Below are positions 9,459-18,034 of a stretch of DNA of 64,000 nucleotides, in pieces. Made by a program: the position numbers and the translations under genes. The stretch's first letter is position 1; each line of letters opens with the position of its first letter. The notes under the pieces were generated by a model, which was not told the DNA's origin, ran no database searches, and was given only the letters and a program-made list of their open reading frames with translations. Origin of the DNA: a bacterium (GTDB taxonomy: Bacteria > Electryoneota > Electryoneia > Electryoneales > Electryoneaceae); the NCBI GenBank assembly GCA_963669175.1, contig OY769902.1, positions 1,664,001 to 1,728,000 of the forward strand, written 5' to 3'.

Positions 9459-12400
9459 GTGAAACGATACAGCCTCACCCTCGCAAGCCTGTTCCTCTTC
9501 GCCACACTGGCGACCGCCGCCTCACCGCTCGGACCCGGACCACACGACATGAAACGGTTCAAAGAGATCGGTCGTGAAGTGCTGGCGCGAGACGAGGAAG
9601 GCATAGGCCTCATGGACAAAGGGCAGGTGCAGAACGTGATCTCCAACATCGGGATCATCAGCCACTTCCTCTACGCCTCCCCCGCGCTGCACTGGCCGCG
9701 CAACGGGGACGACGTGCAACAATACGGCTTCGGTGTGAACCTGATCGTGGCGACGGAAAACGAGGTAATTCACTCCATCTATGACCCTTCTTCCGCATCG
9801 CAGGACTTCCGTTGGACGCCTGTGGATGGCAGCAACGGCTCCCTCTACAATTCAAACCGTACCGAGGACAATACGGCCGCTGATGGTGTCACACCGCTTC
9901 TCGCCAGCAGCGACCGTCGCAGCACATGGCCGGTGATCAACGGTTCCCCATCCTGGCCCGGCCCGTTCCGTGAAAGCCTGTCGTTTCCCGGTGTCTACGA
10001 GACCAACCAGTTCACTTCCGACCGTGATATCTATTGCGAATACACCGACACTCGCGGCGAAGATCTGCGCGTACGTCAGCTCGCCTATTCCTACAGCCGT
10101 CCCTATGCCGAGGACATCGTGTTCGTCCGTTTCTGGCTGCATAACGACGGCAATGAGACCCTGGACAGCGTGTACGTCGGATTCCAGGCGGACCTGAAGC
10201 CGGATTTTTACGCCGATGACCGGATTGGCGCATGGAAGATGACGCCTTATGATTCCAGCGCGACAGAGGACAACTACCCGTCATTCATTTACAAGGTTGA
10301 CCTCAACGGAGTCCCGCAACGGGATGATTCCTCCACCTTCGAGCAGTGGGTCGGTCCGGTGGGGTGGATCGGGCTTGGTTTTGTGCAGACGCCTGAAGAT
10401 GCCGGGGTGAGTTCGTTCCACTATTATCATGATGACAATTCCCCGGTCGATGATGATGTTTTCGCCGCCCTTCTGCGCAACGATGCGTCTGTACCGGAAC
10501 ACCCGGACTGGTATTTTCACGGTTCCGACCCGGCGTTTGACGATATCGCGTTGCAGGAAGATGTCAACATGAACGATCTGCCGGGCTCGGAAATCACCTT
10601 CACCATTGGCTCGGGACCGTTCACATTGGCGCCCGGTGACAGTACAGAGTTTGCGATTGTGCTGGGCCTGGGCGCTGATTCCACCGACTTGCAGGAAAAT
10701 GTCGAGACCGCCTATTTCATGGCGAAGGAGAAAAGCTACCAGGGCAGCGGGCCGCCGGAGACGCCTACCCTGACTGCACGGCCGGGTGACGGATTCGTGG
10801 AACTGTTCTGGAACAACGTGGCCGAGGGCAGTATCGACGCCATTACCGGACGGCAGGATTTTGAGGGCTACCGTCTGTACAAATCCACCGACGCAGGGGA
10901 GACCTGGGGCGATCCGATCGGCAACTGGTGGGGCGAAGCGGTCAACTATGTGCCGATTTATACCTGTGACCTGGTGGATTCGATCACCGGGCTGGACCCG
11001 GCCTACAGCGCGGACTTCCCCTCAGCGCATGCCTGGCTCGGCGATGACAGCGGCATTTTCCACCGTTACGTGGACGACGATGTCACCAACGGCATCGAAG
11101 TCTGGTACAGCCTGACTTCGTATGACAAGGGCACTTACAACCCGTTGTATCCGGACTCGACGCAACCGAGTTATGAGTGCGGACGTGGGATCACGCAATA
11201 CGAATCGAACACCGTCGCCGTAACTCCGGGCACACGAGCCTCCGATCTCAACCTGGAGGGCATCTCGGTTGAACTGCACGAGCTGAACGACCACGCCGCC
11301 GATGGCGAGATCTATGTGAGTATCGTGAACGAGGCCGAGCTGACCGGGCATACTTACCAGGTCACGTTCACCGATACGACGCTCTATGAAATCGAGGACG
11401 GCGATTCCATCGAGGTTCATGCGGCGATGATGAACCTGTTTGATGTGGATCGTCAGAGCTACGACTTCACCGACGGCATCACCGGCGACCTGTTCACCTA
11501 CCGCAATGTACCCCTCGCAGGTGACGCCATGCCGGTGGTGGACGGCTTCCGTGTCTATGTGGAAGACCTGCAGCAGACCGGTGTGCGTAGCATGGGCTGG
11601 ACCGAGGTTGCGGGGGATGAATGCACCTTCGACTGGTGGACGGAAAACCGTCTGCCGGAAAGCCAGCAGAGTTATGCGGAAGTGGTAGAAGGGCTGGATG
11701 ACTGGCGCATCACACGTACCGATACCCCGGTGAAGATCGCGGCGTTTGCGGTGGGATTTGGTGATACGCCGTTTGATTCGTTCGATGTGGCGATCCGTAT
11801 CGAGCATGCGGACTACGAGCAGGGCGGGGCGTGGGAGGATGTGACCGAACACCTCTGGATCTCGGACCTGAAATTTGTCTTCCCGACCAGCGGGTTCGTC
11901 GGGCCGTTGGGCTGGGACTGGGAACCGGGCGGCGACGGCTACAACCCGAGCGAAATGGGCGATATGTGGATGGATATCCTGGTGTTGCGTGACGACGAGG
12001 ACGATTCCACCGGGTCCGAGCTCTGGCTGAAAACCCAAAACGGTCCCGCGACAGCCACCGCGCCGAGCGTGGGCGACCAGTTCACCATCATCACGACCAA
12101 ACCCTTCAACGGCTCCCTGGTCTACGAATTCACCACCCAGGCCGCCACCGGCAGCCGTATCGCCAACCTCTCCGCAATCAAGGCAGTGCCGAACCCGTTT
12201 ATCGTGAAAAGCGGCCTGGAACGCACTACCACCGAATCACGCATGATGTTCACGCATCTGCCCAGCCGTTGCACCATCGATATCTATACCGTGGACGGCC
12301 GTAAAGTCCGCTCTCTCGAGCATGCGTCCGCCGGCACCGAAGGCATCGCCTACTGGGACCTGACCAACGAACATGGGCAGGATGTCGCCTATGGGCTGTA

Positions 12401-12464
12401 TATCTACATCGTAAAAACAAATGATGGACGGACACACCAGGGGAAGGTTATGGTGATAAGGTAG
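9459..12464 (+). CDS. Large secreted protein with FN3-like domain and T9SS/FlgD-Ig-like C-terminal domain
   Basis: Signal peptide; PPETPTLTARPGDGFVELFW and DFEGYRLYKS (FN3-like); C-terminal IKAVPNPF..CTIDIYTVDG..WDL..VAYGLYIY. Confidence 0.85.
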   Translation: MKRYSLTLASLFLFATLATAASPLGPGPHDMKRFKEIGREVLARDEEGIGLMDKGQVQNVISNIGIISHFLYASPALHWPRNGDDVQQYGFGVNLIVATENEVIHSIYDPSSASQDFRWTPVDGSNGSLYNSNRTEDNTAADGVTPLLASSDRRSTWPVINGSPSWPGPFRESLSFPGVYETNQFTSDRDIYCEYTDTRGEDLRVRQLAYSYSRPYAEDIVFVRFWLHNDGNETLDSVYVGFQADLKPDFYADDRIGAWKMTPYDSSATEDNYPSFIYKVDLNGVPQRDDSSTFEQWVGPVGWIGLGFVQTPEDAGVSSFHYYHDDNSPVDDDVFAALLRNDASVPEHPDWYFHGSDPAFDDIALQEDVNMNDLPGSEITFTIGSGPFTLAPGDSTEFAIVLGLGADSTDLQENVETAYFMAKEKSYQGSGPPETPTLTARPGDGFVELFWNNVAEGSIDAITGRQDFEGYRLYKSTDAGETWGDPIGNWWGEAVNYVPIYTCDLVDSITGLDPAYSADFPSAHAWLGDDSGIFHRYVDDDVTNGIEVWYSLTSYDKGTYNPLYPDSTQPSYECGRGITQYESNTVAVTPGTRASDLNLEGISVELHELNDHAADGEIYVSIVNEAELTGHTYQVTFTDTTLYEIEDGDSIEVHAAMMNLFDVDRQSYDFTDGITGDLFTYRNVPLAGDAMPVVDGFRVYVEDLQQTGVRSMGWTEVAGDECTFDWWTENRLPESQQSYAEVVEGLDDWRITRTDTPVKIAAFAVGFGDTPFDSFDVAIRIEHADYEQGGAWEDVTEHLWISDLKFVFPTSGFVGPLGWDWEPGGDGYNPSEMGDMWMDILVLRDDEDDSTGSELWLKTQNGPATATAPSVGDQFTIITTKPFNGSLVYEFTTQAATGSRIANLSAIKAVPNPFIVKSGLERTTTESRMMFTHLPSRCTIDIYTVDGRKVRSLEHASAGTEGIAYWDLTNEHGQDVAYGLYIYIVKTNDGRTHQGKVMVIR

Positions 12465-12480
12465 GCGTCAAGTAGTTCTA

Positions 12481-13020
12481 TCAATCTTTATTGTGATTCA
12501 TAAAATTGTACAACCTATTTATTAACTCGGCAATATAGCCAAGCGTCTCATTGTAATCTGGATTGTATGTGGTAGGGTGAGCGCATTCATTTCTTTTAGC
12601 CAATAAACCATGTAAAGATTTCATTTCGCTCTTTTTTATCATTCGTAGTTCACATAAACATGTTATAAATTGATGTTCGCTAATGTTTTCAATTAACACA
12701 TCTTTACTTTTATATTTTCTCCACTTATCATGCAATTCAAATACATGTTCAAGCTTTTTATCATTAATAGAATTTTCAAGGAAATCAATGAATGCTGTCC
12801 ATGCAGAAACATGTGCCACTCTGAATAAATCGTATTTAATACAATGAATTGATTGAATAAATAGCTCTTCTTGTAATATAGATAACGACTCAATATTTTT
12901 GATAGCTTTTTCTATTGTTGTTATTCTTGTATTATCACTACTCCCTTCGTTATAAGTAGTATTATTTTCTATTTGAAAAGAATTCAGTTTTTTGATTGTG
13001 TTAATTAATCTAGAATTCAT
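12481..13020 (-). CDS. HEPN-domain protein (putative RNase)
   Basis: RxxxxH motif RNECAH followed by P; upstream helix FRVAHVSAW; very AT-rich compared with flanks. Confidence 0.7.
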   Translation of the reverse strand: MNSRLINTIKKLNSFQIENNTTYNEGSSDNTRITTIEKAIKNIESLSILQEELFIQSIHCIKYDLFRVAHVSAWTAFIDFLENSINDKKLEHVFELHDKWRKYKSKDVLIENISEHQFITCLCELRMIKKSEMKSLHGLLAKRNECAHPTTYNPDYNETLGYIAELINRLYNFMNHNKD

Positions 13021-13024
13021 AATA

Positions 13025-13639
13025 TTAATCCGTTAAAAGATATTGTTTCATTGATTTAAATATTTTATCATAAATATCAGATTTGTCTGTGTTTGGTAAA
13101 TTTATTTGGATATTAAAATTGATAGTTAGGTTTTTATCTTTCGATGAGTCTGGTTGATTGCGGCTTGTATTAGTTTTCTTGATCTGTTCAGTAATGTCTT
13201 GGTCGCAGATTTCTTCCTTCTTCTCTATAGCGAAATCCGCTTTGGCACATAATGTTTTGAATGTAGAGGAAATTGCAGATAATCCTTGCGTCCCTCCCTT
13301 GTAGTCACCTGCGTAGAAGGCCGTAATTTCACCATCAGATAGATTTTGTGCATTGGGATATGTCTCAAATAGCTTTTTGTAGGCTTCTCTGATAGAAATG
13401 CCCAATGCTTTTGGGCCGTTATTGGTTCGAAAATCAGACCACAGTTTTGTCGGTGCGCCACCCTGATCAACAAATCCAACGTATTTTAGCACTACTAACA
13501 GACTTCGATCACTTGCTTTATCGTATCCAATTCTTATCAGCCAATCGTCATCAGCATTGTTTGGTATTCCTAAGGATCTGATCTTTTCAAGAAACGTAGA
13601 TAACTTCTTAGGAGTCTTTGTATAAACAGGAACGGACAT
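13025..13639 (-). CDS. DUF5343-like protein
   Basis: LKYVGFVDQGGAPTKLW, IREAYKKLF, TFKTLCAKADF, C-terminal INFNIQINLP..YDKIFKSMK; 4 bp from the HEPN gene. Confidence 0.7.
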   Translation of the reverse strand: MSVPVYTKTPKKLSTFLEKIRSLGIPNNADDDWLIRIGYDKASDRSLLVVLKYVGFVDQGGAPTKLWSDFRTNNGPKALGISIREAYKKLFETYPNAQNLSDGEITAFYAGDYKGGTQGLSAISSTFKTLCAKADFAIEKKEEICDQDITEQIKKTNTSRNQPDSSKDKNLTINFNIQINLPNTDKSDIYDKIFKSMKQYLLTD

Positions 13640-13763
13640 AATACATCCCAAAGTGTGTTTAAAACGTAGTTATCCTTTTATCCTACAAAATACATCAGAT
13701 ATCATGTAGGATTACAGCACAAATAGGAAGTTATTAGTAGTATTCAGCAATATGACATAAGGG

Positions 13764-13964
13764 CTATTTCTTGGGAATGAAATTGCTGTCATGACGACCA
13801 ATAGTTTGAGAATTAGCCCCAGTATGAACGCCTTGATTTGGTCCAGAATAAGCAGAAATGCGTGAAAGATCATTAAAGTCCTGCATGCCAATCTTGACGT
13901 CGTTTATACCTTGGTTGATCTTAACTGTTTTACCGTCACCAGCATCAATTTTAAAACCAGACAT
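13764..13964 (-). CDS. Small hypothetical protein (66 aa)
   Basis: Strong RBS GGAGGT directly upstream of ATG (MSGFKIDAGDG...). Confidence 0.55.
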   Translation of the reverse strand: MSGFKIDAGDGKTVKINQGINDVKIGMQDFNDLSRISAYSGPNQGVHTGANSQTIGRHDSNFIPKK

Positions 13965-14244
13965 GGTATACCTCCACATATATGACCCCTTAACCAACCT
14001 TCTGTGAGTAAAAAATACAAGCTGATATTGCGATAATCAAGACAAATAATAAAAAACAAAAAATTTCGAAATAGACAAACGGACTCTAGGAGAATGCTGT
14101 GATTCTTCTATTAAACTACTTTGTTCTTCCTTAATATTCTGGATATTTATGGTGTTTCTTTCTTATGCGAGAAGCTTCCACACAAAGCTGTGAATGCGAA
14201 TAAGGAAAATCCATTTCGCATATGCGACATTACTTTCGAACATT

Positions 14245-14272
14245 ACTATAAAACTTGGAAACACACCGTCAA
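14245..14272 (-). promoter_or_regulatory. Putative sigma70 promoter for the AT-rich island
   Basis: Minus strand TTGACG-N16-TATAGT; perfect palindrome TCGCATATGCGA at 14216-14227 just downstream. Confidence 0.4.
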
Positions 14273-14399
14273 GACTCTACGAAAACAGTCCACTAAAGGC
14301 GGACTACTTGAACAGTGACTATCTTTCAAATCAAGCTTTTCGGAGAGTATTTAATTTTCAAGAGCGTATTAGGAAGACGTTCTTTTCGTGCCCTTTTTG

Positions 14400-14655
14400 A
14401 TCATTTCTCCCCTCACCAGCATCAGCTTTCGTGTTTCGGTCCAGTGGACGGGGACGGTTGCTGGACGAGATAGACCCCGCTGCTCAGGCAGTTCGCATCG
14501 AAGGTGAAACGCTGTTCTCCGGCGGCAAAGAGTGTGTTGGCAAGTTCGGCGACCTGCTGGCCCAACACGTTGAACACGCGCACGCTCAACTGCGACGCCT
14601 CCGGCAGCGACACGGCCACCGACGTATGCGAGTTGAGCGGTGGGTGGACCGGGAG
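14400..14655 (-). pseudogene. Orphan, frameshifted remnant of a T9SS/FlgD-Ig C-terminal domain
   Basis: VAVSLPEASQLSVRVFNVLGQQVAEL..AGEQRFTFDA..LSSGVYL in one frame and TRKLMLVR in another; no upstream gene body. Confidence 0.7.
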
Positions 14656-14721
14656 CTGGCTCCCGGGTGAAAATAGAAATCAAGAATTGAATCTATTGCG
14701 AAAAGTCCGTATACCTTCCCA

Positions 14722-14926
14722 TTAGCCTGCTTCAGCAGGCTCTTCTTAGCACCCGGCTTTAGCCGGGGTGAATAGAACGTGTAATAATCAGGAGCGCGCT
14801 TTAGCGTGCTTTCCGGTTGTGGTCCTGGTTGCTGGGAAGCACCCTGAAGGGCGCTCGCGATACTTCTTTGCATCCGACACCCCGGCTGAAGCCGGGTGCT
14901 AAAAAGAGCAGGCTAAAGCCTGCTAA
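14722..14926 (-). mobile_element. 205-bp multi-palindrome REP/MITE core, copy 1 (inverted relative to copies 2 and 3)
   Basis: Six hairpins (GCCTGCTTCAGCAGGC, CCCGGCTTTAGCCGGG, GCACCCTGAAGGGCGC...); homologous to 22939-23143 and 63198-63404. Confidence 0.85.
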
Positions 14927-15066
14927 GATGACACAATCTCAAAGAATTGAGTGAAACTCTTTGAGGTCATTCGTTGGGATCTCCTGTTGGATCTCTCGCA
15001 AGGTAGCTGATTTGAAAACGATTTCCACCGAGGACGTTCCGGATTATGACTACCCAATGATAAAAG

Positions 15067-15092
15067 AAAACCCGGTCAGAAATGACCGGGTT
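15067..15092 (-). terminator. Rho-independent terminator
   Basis: AACCCGGTCA-GAAA-TGACCGGGTT hairpin with an A-run, downstream of the 15123 gene. Confidence 0.7.
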
Positions 15093-15122
15093 ACAATTGA
15101 CAAAACAAAACCTTCAACCACC

Positions 15123-16148
15123 CTACCTCACAAACTGCACCTTCTGTGTCTGGTGCAGGCCCTGGGCGTCGAGACGGATAAAATAGGTTCCGCTGGCCAG
15201 GCCGGACGCGTTGAACAGCGCACGGTTGGTCCCGGCGGGCAGGACACCGTCCACCAGGCGGCTCACCACACGTCCCTGCAGGTCATACACCGTCATGGTA
15301 ACCTGTCCCGGTGCGGTCAGGTTGAACGGTACAAAGGTGCTGGAGTTGAACGGGTTCGGATAAGCCGGCTCAAGGGAAAGTTGTACCGGCTGCGCGGTAC
15401 GGGAATCATCGACCGAAGTCCAGTTATCAATTGCGACAGTACGGTAGAATGTTCCCCCGGTGAAATTGGGATTGGTCGCATAATCCTCAGACTTGGCCTT
15501 GAAGGTTTCTCCACGGTCCGGTGAGTACCACATATAACTGATGTTAGCGATAAGGTTCGGCTCGTCCATGTCGGTCTGGATCTCCTGGACACGCAGGACC
15601 GAGAATGTACCGGCGCTGTCGGTGAGGGTTCCCCAGGCGTCAACCACAAAATGAGATGAGTCCGCGCTGCCATCGTTGTTAATCGTGATATCCCACTCAT
15701 CGCCATAGCTCAACGGCCAGCTCATCAGAGGGCCCGATGTTTCCATGGGATAGAGCATGGTGGTTTGACTGGCGTATACGTATACACTTGCGCCGAGCAG
15801 ATTCACAGCGTCGTTTTCGAACCGGTAGAAGGAAAATACCTGCATGCCGTAGGAAGAATCGCCATAACTGACAGTGTTGGCTGTTGGGAAACTGTCCGCG
15901 CCGGGGATATCTGTCACTTCCGCATAAGTTTTTGTCTCACCGGTATTTCCACTCAGCGAAGAGAAATCCCAGCTCTGGTCTGCGCCGCCCTCGCCTGGAG
16001 TTGCGGTCCACATTCCCACCGAAGTGGAAATCACGACTCCGGGTGATACGGGGAAATCATCCAACTGAAGCGTAATTTGTCCGTACCCGATGCCCACCCA
16101 AAGCATCAGGCAACAAGATGCCACCATAAACCATCGAGCAAACCGCAT
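15123..16148 (-). CDS. Secreted protein with T9SS/FlgD-Ig C-terminal sorting domain
   Basis: Signal peptide; PGEGGADQSWDFS, VDAWGTL; C-terminal PAYPNPFN..VYDLQGR..ASGTYFIRL; RBS AAGGAG. Confidence 0.85.
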   Translation of the reverse strand: MRFARWFMVASCCLMLWVGIGYGQITLQLDDFPVSPGVVISTSVGMWTATPGEGGADQSWDFSSLSGNTGETKTYAEVTDIPGADSFPTANTVSYGDSSYGMQVFSFYRFENDAVNLLGASVYVYASQTTMLYPMETSGPLMSWPLSYGDEWDITINNDGSADSSHFVVDAWGTLTDSAGTFSVLRVQEIQTDMDEPNLIANISYMWYSPDRGETFKAKSEDYATNPNFTGGTFYRTVAIDNWTSVDDSRTAQPVQLSLEPAYPNPFNSSTFVPFNLTAPGQVTMTVYDLQGRVVSRLVDGVLPAGTNRALFNASGLASGTYFIRLDAQGLHQTQKVQFVR

Positions 16149-16651
16149 GTCTACTCCTTTCTCCTGATCGAGAGGTTGAGCCTGAAAGGCTTCATGTATG
16201 CCACCCATGGCTTTCTGACACATTCAGACAGCCAACGCATACGATTATATCGTTGCTTTCGGTTGTTTCTTGCCGCAATAAAAAAGTGTGTCCGCACACC
16301 GGTCCGGACAGACAAGCAGGGGAACCGTCAATGGTTAGCAGAATCGTGTGCCCCCCGGCGCCAGGCGAAACGCCTCAAGCCCCAGCACGATCATTCCAGA
16401 GGATGAATTAGGGAGGGTTAGTGTTCAGAAAATATGCACTAAAATGCGCTGTTTCAGGGGAATGATGCAATAGCAGTATTATTATTTGTTGTTTCATCGG
16501 TCCCCGGTCAACATTAAATGGAGCCCTGGCTGGTTGTCCAGCGCGAGGCAGTGTGTTACTGAACGTATACTGTTGTTGAAATAGGCTTGTATTTATTGCG
16601 TTGGCAGTGTACACTTTCTGAAACGATTCTATTCGCTTCGGGAGGTCGGCT

Positions 16652-17317
16652 TTGCGTGTACGTGGACAGTGGTGGTTAGTCTGGCTGGTCATCACGTTTG
16701 CATGTATGTTGCAAGGCTGCGGGGATCGCGACACCCTGGAAGGCTGGACCGTTTTCCCCAAATCTTCTGAGCTGGTTTTTTCCTACCACCGCCTGGGTAA
16801 TACCCTGGGTCGCACCTATGGCCGGAAAGACATGCTCGCTGCATTGGAAGACGCAGCGCGGCATGTGCAGAAGAAGTATCCCGGTACACGTATCGCGTAT
16901 CTCGATGTCAGCCAGCCAAAAGGCGGACGTATGCTGCCGCATTTAAGCCACCGGAAAGGCATTGATATCGACCTGGTTTACTTCGGCACAACACCCAAAG
17001 GCGGCCTGTTTCCCACCAAACCCACCCTGTTCGGGATCAGCTATTTCCTCAGGAACTACAATTGCCAGGGAAAGTGCGGTAAGTTGACATTTGACCGTGC
17101 CCGCAATTGGGAGCTTCTTGTCGGGCTCAGGAACAACAAACATCTTCGGGTGGAAAAGATATTTGTTGAGCCGTACATCCGTGACTGGTTGCTGGAGGAA
17201 GGCCGTCGTCAGGGCGCGTCTGACACGATGATGAACTGGGCGAAAAACACACTGCGTTATGCCGGGAAAAACGCCGCGCCGCACAAAGATCATTTCCATA
17301 TCCGGTTTGTTCAGTAA
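16652..17317 (+). CDS. MepA-like (penicillin-insensitive) murein endopeptidase, lipoprotein
   Basis: Lipobox LQG-C; DVSQPKGG, HLSHRKGIDID, HKDHFHIRF LAS-type zinc motifs. Confidence 0.8.
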   Translation: MRVRGQWWLVWLVITFACMLQGCGDRDTLEGWTVFPKSSELVFSYHRLGNTLGRTYGRKDMLAALEDAARHVQKKYPGTRIAYLDVSQPKGGRMLPHLSHRKGIDIDLVYFGTTPKGGLFPTKPTLFGISYFLRNYNCQGKCGKLTFDRARNWELLVGLRNNKHLRVEKIFVEPYIRDWLLEEGRRQGASDTMMNWAKNTLRYAGKNAAPHKDHFHIRFVQ

Positions 17318-17474
17318 ACAGCGCCAAAGTTGGTTCCGACAGGTCTTGGCATGATGCTGGTTTCACTTCTTTGCTACGATTCAGAGCATTACTCTTCAAC
17401 TTTCATGCAATTCCATATGTAGGTATTCTGTTGGCATCATGGTGTGACCTGACGGTAAAAGAGCGCAGAAACAA

Positions 17475-17588
17475 GTGGCAGGTCATAGCGCGACAACAGC
17501 TTAGACGCGGATGTAGTTTTGGGCCTGCTTTCTAGTCAAAAAAGAAGCTGGTGGTGAAAAGGGAAAATGTCGCGCCAAGACCTGCCAC
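17475..17588. repeat. Inverted repeat pair (REP doublet)
   Basis: GTGGCAGGTCATAGCGCGACA (17475-17495) versus TGTCGCGCCAAGACCTGCCAC (17568-17588). Confidence 0.65.
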
Positions 17589-17844
17589 AACTTGGGATAT
17601 CCGATTTATACAGTAGACAGCCACACCAGGATTGAAATCCTACACAAAAACGTGACAGACCACTGCGGGGCAGTCCCAGTTTTCGTTCCCATATCAAATG
17701 GGTATTATCCAGCCAGATAATCCCGCAGGCACCGAGCATTTCCCCTCGTTTTTTCATACCTTTTCTTCTCACGGGAAAAATTGTTCTTTCAGTTGCTGAC
17801 TTTTTGATTGCACGAATACTTGTTGCGAGCTCGTGATAAGTCGT

Positions 17845-17920
17845 GTGGCCCGGGCGCTGGCGCCCGGAAAGTTGCAACAGTGCGTACACATAAAACCCGG
17901 GTGCAAGCGCCCGGGCCACT
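17845..17920. repeat. Inverted REP doublet of the GTGGCCCGGG family
   Basis: GTGGCCCGGGCGCTGGCGCCCGG ... CCCGGGTGCAAGCGCCCGGGCCAC; same family as 9001-9131. Confidence 0.7.
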
Positions 17921-18034
17921 CAGCCACGCAAAGCCGGGCTACGCAGCATTCGTAGTGTCTCACGACAACTGCAAGAACCGTAAGTAACCCGATATACAAA
18001 ACGATTCATACCCCACAGGGGAAGGAACACATTC

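Noticed and set aside
13740-14175. Xer dif-like or integron attC sites bounding the AT-rich island (TCGCATAA, TTATGTCATAT)
   Set aside because: Only isolated half-sites are present; no XerC-6bp-XerD arrangement or RYYYAAC..GTTRRRY attC structure was found by eye.
14586-14873. Small ORFs across the REP cores (also 23082-23318 and 63405-63614)
   Set aside because: They derive from palindromic repeat DNA, with no RBS or protein features.
17545-17590. Cobalamin riboswitch upstream of the B12-dependent mutase (GGTGAAAAGGGAA ... GCCAAGACCTGCC)
   Set aside because: The two motifs are only about 8 nt apart, with no T-loop/CCCCGC-ACTGT core between them. The 3' motif is explained as one arm of an inverted repeat with 17475-17495. 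An Rfam scan would settle it.
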